From NCBI RefSeq assembly GCF_044704955.1, contig NC_091979.1:62558001-62622000 (forward strand): a stretch of 64,000 nt of DNA, written 5' to 3'. Positions 38,010 to 51,149 of the stretch are shown one piece after another. Under the pieces are notes generated by a model. The model saw only the letters and a list, made by a program, of their open reading frames with translations. It had not been told where the DNA came from and did not search any database. The stretch comes from Pristiophorus japonicus (Eukaryota). Each line of letters opens with the position of its first letter. Within the stretch, counting starts at the first letter, position 1. A program made the position numbers and the translations under genes.

Positions 38010-40004
38010 AAAAAAAGAGAGAAATTTACCATGATTTTAAAGCTGTATAAAACTTCATTATTCTTCTTAAATTGGAATTATTATAATGGATGCTAAGGGA
38101 GGGATAATGAATTGGATGGCATCTGTACTAGTCAAGTCAAAACTAACCAAATATACTATTCTTTAGGTGCTGTTGAATTTTCCGAATCCAATTCTTGATG
38201 TTAGTTTAAAGGATTCTCTACTGAACTGCACCCGATACGAATTGAGGGATTCTCTGGTGTAAAGGAAGACCCGAGATGATAGATCTCCACATTATTTAAA
38301 AATATTAAAGTGAGCATTTCTCCTACTGGATACGTTATCTTATCCTCTTAAACAGGAAAGGGATCATGATCCAATAACACTCACTGTTACAGTTCCAGGA
38401 GTAGCATGCTCAGTGAACTCCACCATTGACATGTAACTATTAACACACACTTCACACAATCTTTAATGAGGCTGCTAGATGCAGTGCTGTAGACACAACA
38501 GTACCAGCATATTTGGGTTGATTTCAACGTTCAGGTACATGGTCACTGGCTGAACACCGTGGTGTAGTTTTAGTCTGCTGGAGCTACAGCATTAGTGTAT
38601 AACATAATTGAATAGCTGAGCCTCAGTGCTAACTGCTCTATTCCCTAATTCTAAGCATTTAACCTGCTGTTATGTTGGGTCGGCACGAGTTTGAATTTTG
38701 GGAGACCAGCATTTATGAGCAAATCTGCCACCAGGATAAAAGGAGCCATGCTTGGCAGTGTAGATAATTACCAGGAGCCAACCCAAGGTCAGCAATCTCC
38801 TAAACTACCAAGTTGAAACAGCTGCAATATATATAGCTGCTTTTATACTGACACTATTTTAATATGGAGTCTGGGGCACCAGCTTCATTGCGGTCGCTGT
38901 AGACCTTTTATGCTGCTAAATTTGGTTTCCTTCTCCCGGTCTCAGATTTATAGAACTATAAAAAACTGGACCTGCAACTTTGTTATCAGAATATATGAGT
39001 TAGATTTCGCAGTATAAATGATGCTAATGCAATACAAGAACAGTTTATAAAGGTGCTTTGGAAGTTTTTAATTGCTCAAACATATTTGGCAGATTTCTGC
39101 ATCATTAATTTCACACATCTAACAGCATAGACAGAACTAGTCCACTCACTGAATGGGAAGGATTAAAAAGGGCTGAGCATCCATTTCAACTCTGGCACCC
39201 ACACCTCTGCTAGAAGGAATGATTAAACATCTCACTCACAATACAGAACAAAGGAATTCAAATTAAAAAAAGGTAAACTGCTAGAAATCTGAAATAAAAA
39301 CAATAAATGCTGGAAACACTGAGTAGGGTATTTCAGCCTTTAGTCGTGATCATGGGTACACATCCAAAATGGCTGCCACATGACACTATTCCCTTTAAAT
39401 TGTGGAGTGGATACTCTTACTAAATTGTGCAGACTTTATACCAATAAATGGCTTTCTTGACACAAGACAGATGAATTAACAGTACACAGGTTAACTCAGT
39501 GAAATATATTTCTCTACATTGCTTTCTACGGAAAAAAAACTCACGTTCTCTCTAAATATGGATCTTGAAACACTTACTGTAACCTCACACATTTTCCTGG
39601 CCATACAAGCACAACTTAAAACTTATTTGTGGCAGTTGAAAGATTCACACACTGAGGGTTTCAGCCAATCATTGACCCTGCCTCTCCTCAAGGGAATCAG
39701 AAACTGTTGTCAACCAGAGTCTCTATCCTTTGATCTGTGACCCGTGGGCTATGCTGTACAAATTGAATAGACCACCACCATAGCAGCTAGTTGTTTCAAA
39801 AGCACAAGAAGAAATGTTGTGGGCACTCGATGATATCATAAGTTTTGAATTGCAAATAATTCCCACAGGTTAATTGACCAACTATCACTACAGACCATCA
39901 CTGTGTGGGCCAAAACAAAAACACATCTTTAAAATAAAACTAGCAAACGGTTAGCATTCTTTTCAACAGAAAGTCTTGTGTGGCTTTGGGATTTAATCTT
40001 TTAC

Positions 40005-42035
40005 ATGGTGGCTCAACTCTGGCTTACAAGGGAAATTAGGGATAGTATTAAATCCAAGGAAGAAGCATATAAATTGGCCAAAAAAAAGCAGCAAACCCGA
40101 GGACTGGGCGAAATTTAGAATTCAGCAAAGGACAAAGGGTTTAATTAGTAGGGGGAAAATAGAATAAGCTTGCAGGGAACATAAAAACTGACTGCAAAAG
40201 CTTCTACAGATGTTTGAAGAAAAAAAGATTAGTGAAGACAAATGTAGGTTCCTTACAGTCAGAATCTGCTGAATTTATAATGGGGAACAAAGAAATGGCA
40301 GACCAATTGAACAAATACTTCACTAAGGAAGACACAAATAACCTTCCGGAAATATTAGGGGACCGAGGGTCTAGCGAGAAGGAGAAACTAAAGGAAATCC
40401 TCATAAGTCAGCAAATTGGCTTAGGAAAATTGATGGGATCGAAAGCAGATAAATCCCCAGGGCCTGTTAGGCTGCATCCCAGAGTACTTAAGGAAGTGGC
40501 CCTAGAAATAGTGGATGCATTGGTGGTCATTTTCCAACATTCTATAGACATTGGATCAGTTCCTATGGACTGGAAGGTAGCTAATGTAACCCCACTTTTT
40601 AAAAAAAGGAGAGAGAAAACAGGGAATTATAGACCGGTCAGCCTGACGGCGGTGGTGGGGAAAATATTGGAATCAATTATTAAAGATGTAATAGCAGCGC
40701 ATTTGGAAAGCAGTGACAGGATTGGTCCACGTCATCATGGATTTATGAAAGGGAAATCATGCTTGACAGATCTTCTAGAATTTTTTGAGGATGTAACTAG
40801 TAGAGTGGACAAGGGGGAGCCAGTGGATGTGGTGTATTTAGACTTTCAAAAGGCTTTTGACAAGGTCCCACACAAGAGATTATTGTGCAAAATTAAAGCA
40901 CATGGTATTGGGAGTAATGTACTGACGTGGATAGAGAACTGATTGGCAGACAGGAAGCAAAGAGTAGGAATAAACAGGTCCTTTTCAGAATGGCAGGCAG
41001 TGACTAGTGGGGTACGCCAAGGTTCAGTGCTGGGACCCCAGCTATTTACAATATACATTAATGATTTAGACGAAGGAATTGAATGTAATATCTCCAAGTG
41101 CAGATGACACTAAGCTGGGTGGCGGTGAGAGCTGTGAGGAGTATGCTAAGAAGCTGCAGGGTGACTTGGACAGGTTAGGTGCGTGGGCAAATACATGACA
41201 GATGCAGTATAATGTAGATAAATGTGATGTTGTCTACTTTGGTGGTAAAAACAGGAAGGCAGATTATCTGAATGGTAACAGATTAGTAAAAGGGCAGGTG
41301 CAACGAGACCTGGGTGTCATGGTACATCAGTCATTGAAAGTTGGCATACAGGTACAGCAGGCGGTGAACGCGGCAAATGGCATGGTGGCCTTCATAGCGA
41401 GAGGATTTGCGTATAGGAGCAGGGGGATCTTACTACAGTTGTACAGGGCCTTGATGTGCACCTTGAATATTGTGTACAGTTTTGGTCTCCTAATCGGAGG
41501 AAGGACATTCTTGCTATTGAGGGAGTGCAGCGAAGGTTCACCAGACTGATTCCTGGGATGACTGCACTGACATATGAAGATTGGATCGACTATGCTTGTA
41601 TTCAATGGAATTTAGATGAATGAAAGAGGATCTCATAGAAACATAAAATTCTGACAGGATTGGACAGGTTAGATGCAGGAAGAATGCTCCCAATGTTGGG
41701 GAAGTTCAGAACCAGGGGTCACAGTCTAAGGAGAAGGGGTAAGCCATTTTGGACCGAGATGAGGAGAAACTTCTTTACACAGAGAGTTGTGAGCATGTGG
41801 GCATGTGGAATTCTCTACCACAGAAAGTTGTTGAGGCAGTTCGTTAGATATATTCAAAAGGGAGTTAGATGTGGCCCTTACGGCTAAAGAGATCAATGGG
41901 TTTAGAGAGAAAGCAGGAATGGGTTACTGAAGTTGCATGATCAGCCATGATCATATTGAATGGTGGTGCAGGCTCGAAGGGCCGAATGGCCTACTCCTGC
42001 ACCTATTTTCTATGTTTCTATGTCTACGTTTCTAT
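40005..42035 (+). mobile_element. CR1 LINE, 5'-truncated (RT region), unedited relative of the 1306-4368 copy
   Basis: ORF 40214-40942 with NYRPVSLT, HGFMKGKSCL, YLDFQKAFDKVPHKRL; TTTCTATG tail. Confidence 0.94.
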
Positions 42036-42317
42036 TTGCTTTATTGTTTACTTCAAATTATTTGCTAATTCAATTTTTTGTGCAAAAAATTGACTTGCAT
42101 TATCAGGAGTAGACTATTACATATAAAAAGGTGGTTTATAAACCTCTGGGTTCAGGCAAATTATTCAAATTTCACTCAAAATTGCTCAGAAAAAAAATAA
42201 ATATTAAAGGGATTAAGGAGAGGGTGGGGCTGTTAGACCGCGCAGCCAATGTGGAGAAAAATATCGATCCAAACCCAGATAGGCCAAATGTCCTGTCGCA
42301 GCACTGTAATATTCTAT

Positions 42318-42613
42318 AACATAGAAACATAGAAAAATAGGTGCAGGAGTAGGCCATTCGGCCCTTCGAGCCTGCACCGCCATTCAATAAGATCATGGCT
42401 GATCATTCCTTCAGTACCCTTTCCATACCCCTTGATCCCCTGAACCGTAAGATCCATATCTAACTCCCTCTTGAATATATTCAGTGAACTGGCATCAACA
42501 ACTCTCTGCGACAGGAAATTCCACAGGTTAACAACTCTGAGTGAAGAAGTTTCTCCTCATCTCAGTCCTAAATGGCCTACCCCTTATCCTAAGACTATGT
42601 CCCCTGGTTCTAG
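42318..42613 (-). mobile_element. CR1 3' end
   Basis: AACATAGAAACATAGAAAAATAGGTGCAGG..; inverted relative to about 41700-42035. Confidence 0.9.
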
Positions 42614-43075
42614 ACAGGAGATGAGCAGAGGTGGAGTAGAGCAATGTTACAGAGGCAGTCCTTGTGATGGAGAGATATGGAGCAGGAGGCTCAGCGCAGA
42701 GTCAAATAGGATGTCGAGGTTGCAATCATTTTGGTTCAACCCAAGACAGTGGCTGGGAAAGGGGATGGAATCAAAGGCGAGAGTACGAAGTTTGTGGCAA
42801 GGTTCAAAGACAATGGCTTTGGTGTTCCCAATGTACAATTGGAAGAAATTGTGACTCATCTAGGACTAGATGTCTGACAAAGTCTAACAACACAGAATCA
42901 GTGGAGGGGTCAATGCCGGTGGTGGAGAGTTAGAGCTGAGTGTTTTCAGCAAATATGTGGAACCTGACCCGTGTCTTCAGATGATGTCACCAAGGGGCAG
43001 CATTAGGAGACTCAAGTAATGGTGCAGGGGAAGGAAAATAAGCAATTGCTGGAGATGTTCTGATGACATTTTGAT
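42614..43075 (-). mobile_element. L2-clade LINE RT C-terminal fragment
   Basis: MSHNFFQLYIGNTKAIVF..NLDILFDSALS matches the L2 pattern WM..NFLQLN..KTE..V.NLGV.FD..LS. Confidence 0.75.
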
Positions 43076-43918
43076 AGGTCAAGAGGAGATAAAGAGAGAG
43101 AGAGAGAGAAACCTAAACATAAATTCCAACCTTTATGTATTAAATCTATCTAATCGTATTTTGTTCTAACTTCCATACATCAACATTATGCAAGGCCCTC
43201 TAATTCTACAGATATATTCTTTATCCAAATCCAATAATATAAACTGTAAAATAATTCATTGATTTTAAAGCTGTTTTTAAAAATAATTACTGCATTTTCC
43301 CAATGAATAGGAGCTTTTTCATTTAAGAAGAAAATAAGTTTTTCGACTGCACCAGGGAACAAGACATGGTAGAACTAGGTCCAGCTATTTCTGCGTCTTT
43401 CTTATATTACACAACAAAGGAACAAACAAACTTGCATTTACATAGCATCTATCACAGCCTCAGGTTGTCCCAAAGTACTTCACAGAAAATGAATTACTTT
43501 TGAACTGCACTCACTGTTGTTGAATGGGCAAAAAGGAGCTATCCCTTTTAGTCCAGACCATAGTGTCTTCCTGCTGACCCTGATTGTGCCGGTAAACAAG
43601 GGATAGGAAGAGGAGAACAGGCTACGAGGAGCAGCAAATATGACCACCCACATAATATATTTTACACGCCAGAGACAAACCAAATAACACAAGGCACAAG
43701 GGAAACACCAATCAAGAGAAATACAAATAAGACAACATATAAGCCATCCCTAGAAGAGGGACAGTAAATTGCCATAGTCATAATCAGTAGCCAATGAATG
43801 CTTCTCATCTACTGAAGCAGCAAATATGGGGATTAAAAAAGTGTTCATGAGAACTACAAACTGTCTCTGCAGGTGGGACACAGACCAGTGGTTAAATGGA
43901 GCCAGAATACTAAGATAT

Positions 43919-45000
43919 GGGGCTAGAGTTTCCTCAGAAATCACCCACTTACCGCCCAGAAATACAAGTTTCATCGAAAAAAACACATTTACCACCCGGC
44001 GGTAAATTCCAGTCATTACTGCCGGCCGGTATTCAATACTGTCCGCCCCATATATTATCGCCCAAAATGGAAGTTTACCACCGGACCTTAATACTGTCCT
44101 GAAAAAGCAAGTTTTACTGGATCTTAAGAGCTGACTGGTTTGTTTGATATTACACACATCTTTATAGTTCACCACAGTTTGATGTATTTTTAAATGGATT
44201 GCAGTATTTTTATGTTAGGCAATAATATAAATGGTCTAATAAAGCCTTTAGTCTCACTCACCCCCCCAGTTTCTTCCCCCTCCCCCTCCTCCCGCAGTCT
44301 CTCACTCCCCAGTCTCTCCTCCCCCCGCCCTCTAGTCTCTCCCACTCACCCGCCAGTCTCTCCTCTCATTCCCCACCCCCCACAGCAATCTCTCTCACCC
44401 CCCCACACAGCGCTCTCACTCTTCTCCACCCACAGCAATCTCACTCTCTACCCCCACAGCAATCTCACTCTCTTTCCTTCCACCGCCTCCCGCCACCGAT
44501 CTCACGCTCCCCCCGCTTCCCCACAGCGATCTCACTCTCTCCGTCCCCCCACAGCGATCTCACTCTCTCCGTCCCCCCACAGCGATTTCACTCTCCCCCA
44601 CCCCCTATAGCAATCTCACTCTCTTTCCACCCCACAGCTATATCTTCTCGCGCGTCCCCCACAGCGATCTCACTCTCTCCCCCCCATTCCCCCTCCCTAC
44701 CACCACAGCTATCTCTTCCCGCGCCCCCCCCCCCCACCACGATCTCCCTCTCTTCCCCCCCACCCCCCCACCACAGCGATCTCTCTCCCCCCCCACCCCT
44801 TCCATAGCAATCTCTCCCTCTAGCCACCCCCACCACAGTGATCGATTTCTTTCCCCCCCCAACACAGCGATCTCTCTCCCCCCTCCCCCACCGTGATCGC
44901 TCTCCCCCACAGCAATCTCTCTCTCTCCTCTCGCCCCCCCCCCCCCAACAGCGATTTCTCTCTCTCCCCCGCCACCAGTGATCTCTCTCTCTCTATAAGC
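43919..45000. mobile_element. Probable Harbinger-like non-autonomous fragment with an internal degenerate ~30-bp tandem array (CCCCACAGCGATCTCACTCTCT)
   Basis: Starts GGGGCTAGAGTTTCC with TTACCGCC repeats; array at about 44250-45000; no right TIR identified. Confidence 0.5.
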
Positions 45001-45191
45001 CATGGTTCAGGATGTAATTAGAAATCTTTCGGTTGTATTTGTGATAAATATTGTGGTGTCACTCCCCCAGAACTTGATTTTTATCTGCAGACAGTTACTA
45101 ATTAACTGACAGTGCTACGCAATGTAATGTATTCCTGAACTTATTAAACCAACTGTATTATTAACCAGCTTAACAGGACCAGCATCGTATA

Positions 45192-45520
45192 CAGTTTGCA
45201 CCTCCCTTATCCAGCACCCTCGGGACATGGCCTGTGCTGGATAAGGGATTTTGCTGGATATGGGGAGGTCACGTTAAATTGGATGGTACAGGTACTGAGC
45301 AAGGGGATATCGGGGCTGGCTGGCTTGGTGCTGGGAGTGCAGCAGAGAGATCGTGGGGTGGGGGGGTTGCGGTGGATCGCAGGGTCAGGCCAGTGATTGC
45401 GGGAGTTGGCAGCGAGGAAGGACTTCAATTTGTTCATGTCAGAGTTCTGCGCATGCGCCACTCGGTGGCCGGGAATAGTGCCAGACAAGCGGTGGTGCCT
45501 GATAAGGGAGGTTCAACTTG
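45192..45520. mobile_element. Tc1/mariner-pogo MITE (329 bp)
   Basis: TIRs CAGTTTGCACCTCCCTTATC / GATAAGGGAGGTTCAACTTG, flanked by TA on both sides. Confidence 0.75.
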
Positions 45521-46259
45521 TATATTCAAGGGGAGAATATCAAACCTGTATACTTGTGAAATGAAAGGATTATACCTCATTTACAGGATTAAGTGAAAAT
45601 CAAATTATTGCAGATTCAGCTTCTGTTTATAATTTTTAACAAAGTTACACAAAACTGGAATTAAGCATAACCCATTGAGGCTTCTTCCATCAACTTTTGG
45701 AAACTCATCAGATTCTTTGACTTCGCCTTACCTTAATTATATACTGCCAGTGACTAAATCTGCTTTTACAGTTCTGGGAGCCTGACATCCACGAGTAGGC
45801 TACCAGCATTTATGCTGTTAAATCAATTTAAATCTGACTTATGAACCAGCCAGCTTTGGAAAATGAATTTACCAGCATAAATACTGGAAACCAGCCCTCA
45901 AATGCCAGGCTCGAGAAACCAAATTAATAGAATATATAAAAGCATATCAAAAACATGGTTGACGTCACTACCACGGCCACTGTCTGGCTTTATGCCCTCC
46001 AGCTTCTCCTTGTAATCCATAAATATAATCTTTGAAGCATTTACTAGCTCCCTGGTTCTACCCACAGCTTAAAAGCAGACAAATAATAGCTCAAAAAAAT
46101 AATTCACAAGCAAATATAGCATGTGTGGGCATCAATTAGATTCAGGTAGCCAGTGTCAGTAAGCACTCCAAAAAAATTCATTCATAACCGGAGGAACGTA
46201 GGAGTTACATTGGCATATTTTCTGGCCTGATGCTGACGAAGCAATACTAATATATACTA

Positions 46260-46468
46260 TTGGAATTCTCTGCCCCAGAGAGCTGTGGAGGCTGGGTCAT
46301 TGAATATATTTAAGGCGGAGATACAGATTTTTGAATGATAAGGGAATAAAGGGTTACAGGGAGCGGGCAGGGAAGTGGAGCTGAGTCCATGATCAGATCA
46401 GCCATGATCTTATTGAATGGTGGAGCAGGCTCGAAGGGCTTAAATGGCCTACACCTATTTCTTATGTA
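46260..46468 (+). mobile_element. CR1 3' end
   Basis: TGGAATTCTCTGCCCCAGAG..GATCAGCCATGATC..TTTCTTATG. Confidence 0.85.
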
Positions 46469-46739
46469 TACTATAAACAGGTAGATTGATCTATAATAAG
46501 CTAAAACTGCATATATACAGAGCCACTTTTAAAAGCAACTCCTAACTCGGAATGAGACATGTAATTTCCCTTCCATATTCCAAGCATTAATAGTTTGAAG
46601 TCACAATTTTGAAAGCGAGCATCACTAATTCATACATAGAACAAGCATCAGTCATCTTGCTGCCACACACTATGCATTGTAGTTTAATTCAAGAGTGTGA
46701 ATGGAAATGACTGACACTCAAGGAGGGTATCAGCGAGAT

Positions 46740-47225
46740 TACGTTTCCTTTCAATCAAAGCACTTGGTCGCTCTGGTAGAGACTGAACCAGAAATCAAGT
46801 TCCAACACGATGCATGTGCAATAGAATGGCAGTGCAGCATTTGCCTGGAAGATAAGCTTTCGACCCATTACAAGTACAGTAGAGAATGGAGAAACTGATG
46901 CAATACGACAGATTATTTGGTACACATCCACTGCGATGACAACATTATGGTAGATGTTATTACCTACGTGCAAATACTATGACACTTAATAGATGGTTAT
47001 TTCCGACAATCATCTGGCAGAGGCCAGTTGATTCTCATTTTGAAATTTGGCAATTTTTTGGTGTAGACAGTCGTCACAGATGCTCATGATCATGAGCAAA
47101 ATGACTACATCAGCACAACAGAAATCAATGATAAATTGTTGCCAAATTAGCACACCCATCATAATTCTGCTCATAGCTGTATTGAACAGTTCTATGGACA
47201 TAACAGAACTTACAAACACCTGACC
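46740..47225 (-). mobile_element. Ancient RTE-like RT fossil
   Basis: 'SIELFNTAMSRIM..IIDFCCADVVILL' resembles SP.LFN..MD..DL.YADD..LL; downstream 'HVGNNI..DVYQIICRIAS' resembles YLGS.I..DV..RI..AS. Confidence 0.5.
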
Positions 47226-47229
47226 ATGT

Positions 47230-48850
47230 AATAAGAACACAAGGATTAGGAGCAGGATTAGGCCATACATACTCTTCGAGCCTGCTCCATCATTCAATAA
47301 GAATGATGGGGTTGGGGGCAATATATTAGCATGGATAGAGGATTGGCTAACTAACAGAACAAAGAATCGGGATAAATGGTTCATTCTCTTGTTGGCAACC
47401 AGTGAAGTGCCCAGGGATCAGTGCTGGTACCCCAACTATTTAGAATCTAGATTAATGACTTGGAAGAAGGGACTGAGTGTAACGTAGCCAAGTTTGCTGA
47501 CGATACAAAGATGGGAGGAAAAGCAATGTGTGAGGACACAAAAAATCTGCAAAAGAACATAGACAGGCTCAGTGAGTGGGCAAAAATTTGGCAGATGGAG
47601 TATAATGTTGGAAAGTGTGAGGTCATGCACTTTGGCAGAAAAAAATTAAAGAGCGTTATTATTTAAATAGGGAAAGATTGCAAAGTGCTGCAGTACAGCG
47701 GGACCTGGGGGTACTTGTGCATGAAACACAACAGGATAGTATGCAGGTACAGCAAGTGATCAGGAAGACCAATGGTATCTTGGCCTTTATTGCAAAGGGG
47801 ATGGAGTATAAAAGCAGGGAAGTCTTGCTACAGCTATACAAGGTTTTGGTGAGGCCACACCTGCGTGCAGTTTTAGTTTCCATATTTCCGAAAGGATATA
47901 CTTGTTTTGGAGGCAGTTCAGAGAAGATTCACCAAGTTGAATCCGGGATGAGGGGGTTGACTTATGAGGAAAGGTTAAGTAGGTTGGGCCTCTACTCATT
48001 GGAGTTCAGAAGAATGAGAGGCGATCTTATCGAAATATATAAGATTGAGGGGGTTGACAAGGTGGATGCAGAGAGGAGGTTTCCACTGATGGGGGAGACT
48101 ACAACTAGAGGGCATGATCTTAGAGTAAGGGGCTGCCCATTTAAAACAGAGATGAAAAATTTCTTCTGAGCGTTGTAAATCTGTGGAATTTGGAACATTG
48201 AATAAATTTAAGACAGAAATAGACAATTTCTTAAACGATAAGGGGATAAGGGGTTATGGGAAGCGGGCAGGTAAGTGGAGCTGAATCCATGATCAGATCA
48301 GCCATGATGTTATTGAGTGGCAGAGCAGGCTCGAGGGGCCATATGGCCTACTCCTGTTCCTATTTCTTATGTTCTTATGAATGATCTGATCTTCAATCTC
48401 AACTCTACTTCCCCATATCCCTTGATTCCCCAGGTGTCCAAAAAATCTATATCTATCTCAGCCTATCTATCTCAGTCTTGAATAGACTCCATGACTCAAT
48501 ATCCACAGCCCTTCGAGGTAGAGAATTCCAAAGATTCACAATCCTCCATGAAGAAATTCCTCTTCATCTCAGTCTTAAATGGTTGACTCTTTATCCTGAG
48601 TCTATACCCCCTAGTTCTAGACTCTCCTGCCAGGGGAAACAACCACTCAGCTTCTACTTGGTCAATCCCCCTCAATATCGTATATGTTTCAATGAGATCA
48701 CCGCACATTCTTCTAAACTAGAGAGTATAGCCCCAATCTACTTGATCTCTCCTCATAGGAAAACCCTCTCATCCCAAGGATCAATCTAGTTAACCTTTGT
48801 TGCATCGCCTCGAAGGCAAGTATGTCCTTCCTCAGATAAGGAGACTAAAA
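47230..48850 (-). mobile_element. CR1 3' fragment (47230-47307 and 48380-48850) split by an antisense CR1
   Basis: 3' UTR CATTCAATAAGA resumes as ATGATCTGATC at 48381. Confidence 0.75.
47308..48378 (+). mobile_element. CR1 LINE, 5'-truncated, nested
   Basis: FADDTKMGG, ILAFIAKG; TSD GAATGAT (47301-47307, 48379-48385). Confidence 0.88.
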
Positions 48851-48989
48851 TGGTCAGCTGGTGTCCAATGTGAACACATAGAGTGATATTAATATAAAAC
48901 AATTAAAACATAATTATATCATTTGCTAACAGTCCAAATTGGTTAGCCACAAAACCCGGCAGTTAATAAAACCATTTGTAACATCAGGC

Positions 48990-49275
48990 AGGGGGGCTTG
49001 GAAGGGAAATTGGGTTGGCAACAATGTCATAGGAATGTCATCAAGCAAGCAGGAGCTGAGTCTCATGGACAAGATGAGCTTAGAGAACGTATGAGGGAAA
49101 ATAGAAGAGAAACTAGAGATAAACACAGATTCAGGGTTAGGGCAAGGGAGGTGTGTTTTGGCTTAGTGATCAAAAGGAAGGGGGCAGCAGCAGAGGCAGC
49201 TGAACAGATGGTCTCAATCTTAGTGACAAAGTCCATGAATGCCTTGCATTTGTTGGAGGCGAGAGTGAAGGGGGC
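48990..49275 (-). mobile_element. L2-clade ORF2 fragment
   Basis: Reverse complement of 49187-49240 encodes MDFVTKIETICSAASAA, similar to the L2 linker region. Confidence 0.55.
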
Positions 49276-49279
49276 AATG

Positions 49280-49730
49280 TCAGCCGTGGCTCAATTGGTT
49301 GCAGTCTCGCCGCTGAGTCAGAAGGTTGTGGTCCAGAGATTAGAGTACAAAAAGCTAGGCTGACAGTCCAGTGCAGTACTGAGATGGTACTGCACTGTCA
49401 GAGGTGGTGTCTTTCAGATGAGATGTTAAACCGAGGCCCCGTATGTTCTCAGGTAGATGTAAAAGATCCCATGACGAGAGGAGAGCAGGGGAGTTACCCC
49501 GATGTCCTGGCCAATATATATCCCTCAATCAACATGCATTTAAAAAATATATATATATGGTCATTATCACATAGATGTTTGTGGAAGCATGCGGTGCTCA
49601 AATTGGTTGCCGCAATTCCTACATTACAACAGTGACTACACTTCAAAAGGTACTTCATTGGTTGTAAAGCATTTTGGGACATCATGTCCCGAGGTCATGA
49701 AGAGCGCTACATAAATGCAAGTTTTTTTCT
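49280..49730 (+). mobile_element. SacSINE1-like Deu-domain SINE
   Basis: CAGCCGTGGCTCAATTGGTTGCA head, Deu core, AGCGCTACATAAATGCAAG tail. Confidence 0.82.
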
Positions 49731-49924
49731 TTATCTGAGAGGGGTTCAAGGAGTTGGTTGGTAGCGAAAAGAAGCCAAGGGTATTCGTTACTCTCCAGTC
49801 TGATCCTGGAAAAATTAGCAGTTTTGGCTAAGGAGAATGAGGTCTGAAAGCACTTGATATGGTCCAATCACATCTGATGATAAATGGCTAAACCAAAAAG
49901 GATAAAGAGCAAATTTGATATTGA

Positions 49925-50155
49925 CGTCCTTGTGACGTCTCCAAGGACTTTACAACTAATTTGTTCATTTGCAGTGCAATCATTGCTATTTGGTAAATAT
50001 GGCAGTGAATTTGCACAACAAGTCCACAAACAGCAAATGAAACCAATGGCCAGATAACCTGTTATTTTTGGGTTGTGTTGGTTGGGGAAAGAATGTTGGC
50101 CAGTACACCAGAAAAATTCCCTGCTCTCCTTTGGATAGTACCATGGAATCATTTA
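49925..50155 (-). mobile_element. Degenerate Deu-SINE fragment
   Basis: Reverse complement of TTCCATGGTACTAT..GAGAGCAGGGAA..GGCCAACATT. Confidence 0.55.
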
Positions 50156-50372
50156 TGGTAACTTCCACAAGTAGCTAGTGCCTCAATATTTTAAGAGAAT
50201 ACAACTTTGAAGAGTTTTAAAGCAATAACTCAAGTTCCAGGCAACATACAAGAATGAAGCTTGAACAGTTTTATGATCACCACAATATCGCAAATACACA
50301 CCCAACGAGTGGGTTATCCAATACTAAATTAGCCCCTCCAGGAGTGAACAGATTATTAGTGAATAAAAATAG

Positions 50373-51070
50373 CATCATCTCTTCTTCTTAAGCAGTCCCT
50401 CGGAGTCGAGGAAGACTTGCTTCCACACTAAAAGCGACTGAAGAGTCCAATGCGGACCTACAGTCTCTGTCACAGGTGGGGCAGACAATGGTCGAAGGAA
50501 CGGGAGGTTGGGGTGCCTGGATTGCAGCGTGCTCCTTCCGCTGTCGACGCTTGGCTTCAGCTTGCTCTTGGCAGAGACTTGGTGTTCAGCACCTTCCTGG
50601 ATGCCTTTCCTGCACTTTGGGTGGTCTTGGACCAGGGATTCCCAGGTGTCGATGGGGATGGTGCACTTTTTCAAGATGGCTTTGAGGGTGTCCTTGAAGC
50701 GTTTCCTCTGCCCACCTGGGACTCGCTTGCCATGTCGGAGCTCCGAGTAGAGCATTTGGTTTGGGAGTCTTGTGTCATGCATACGGACGATGAGGCTCTT
50801 CCAGCGGAGCTGATCAAGCGTGGTCGATGCTTTGATGCTGGGGATGTTGGCCTGAGCGAAAATACTGACGTTGGTGCACCTATCCTGCCAATGGATTTGC
50901 AGGATCTTGCGGCGGAAACATTGGTGGTACTTCTCCAGTGTTTTGAAGTGCCTGCTGTACATAGTACATGTTTCTGAGCCATGAGGGCGGGTATCACTAC
51001 TGCTCTGCAGACCATGAGCTTGGTGCCAGGTTTGAGGTCCTGGTCTTCAAACACTCTCTTCCTCAGGCTA
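50373..51070 (-). mobile_element. RTE LINE 3' fragment
   Basis: KYHQCFRRKILQIHWQDR..MHDTRLPNQMLYSEL. Confidence 0.87.
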
Positions 51071-51149
51071 CATAACAAAAGAATGCCCAAGTCCGAAATT
51101 CAGCAACATGAGCCACAGGTCTCAAGTCATTAAGACTTGTGTGGATCAT

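Noticed and set aside
38167-38262. Possible plus-strand terminal exon (VLLNFPNPILDVSLKDSLLNCTRYELRDSLV*)
   Set aside because: No recognisable homology or partner exons; could be chance.
49280-49360. tRNA-like sequence (also at 13510-13582 and 54603-54670)
   Set aside because: These are SINE heads, not intact tRNA genes.
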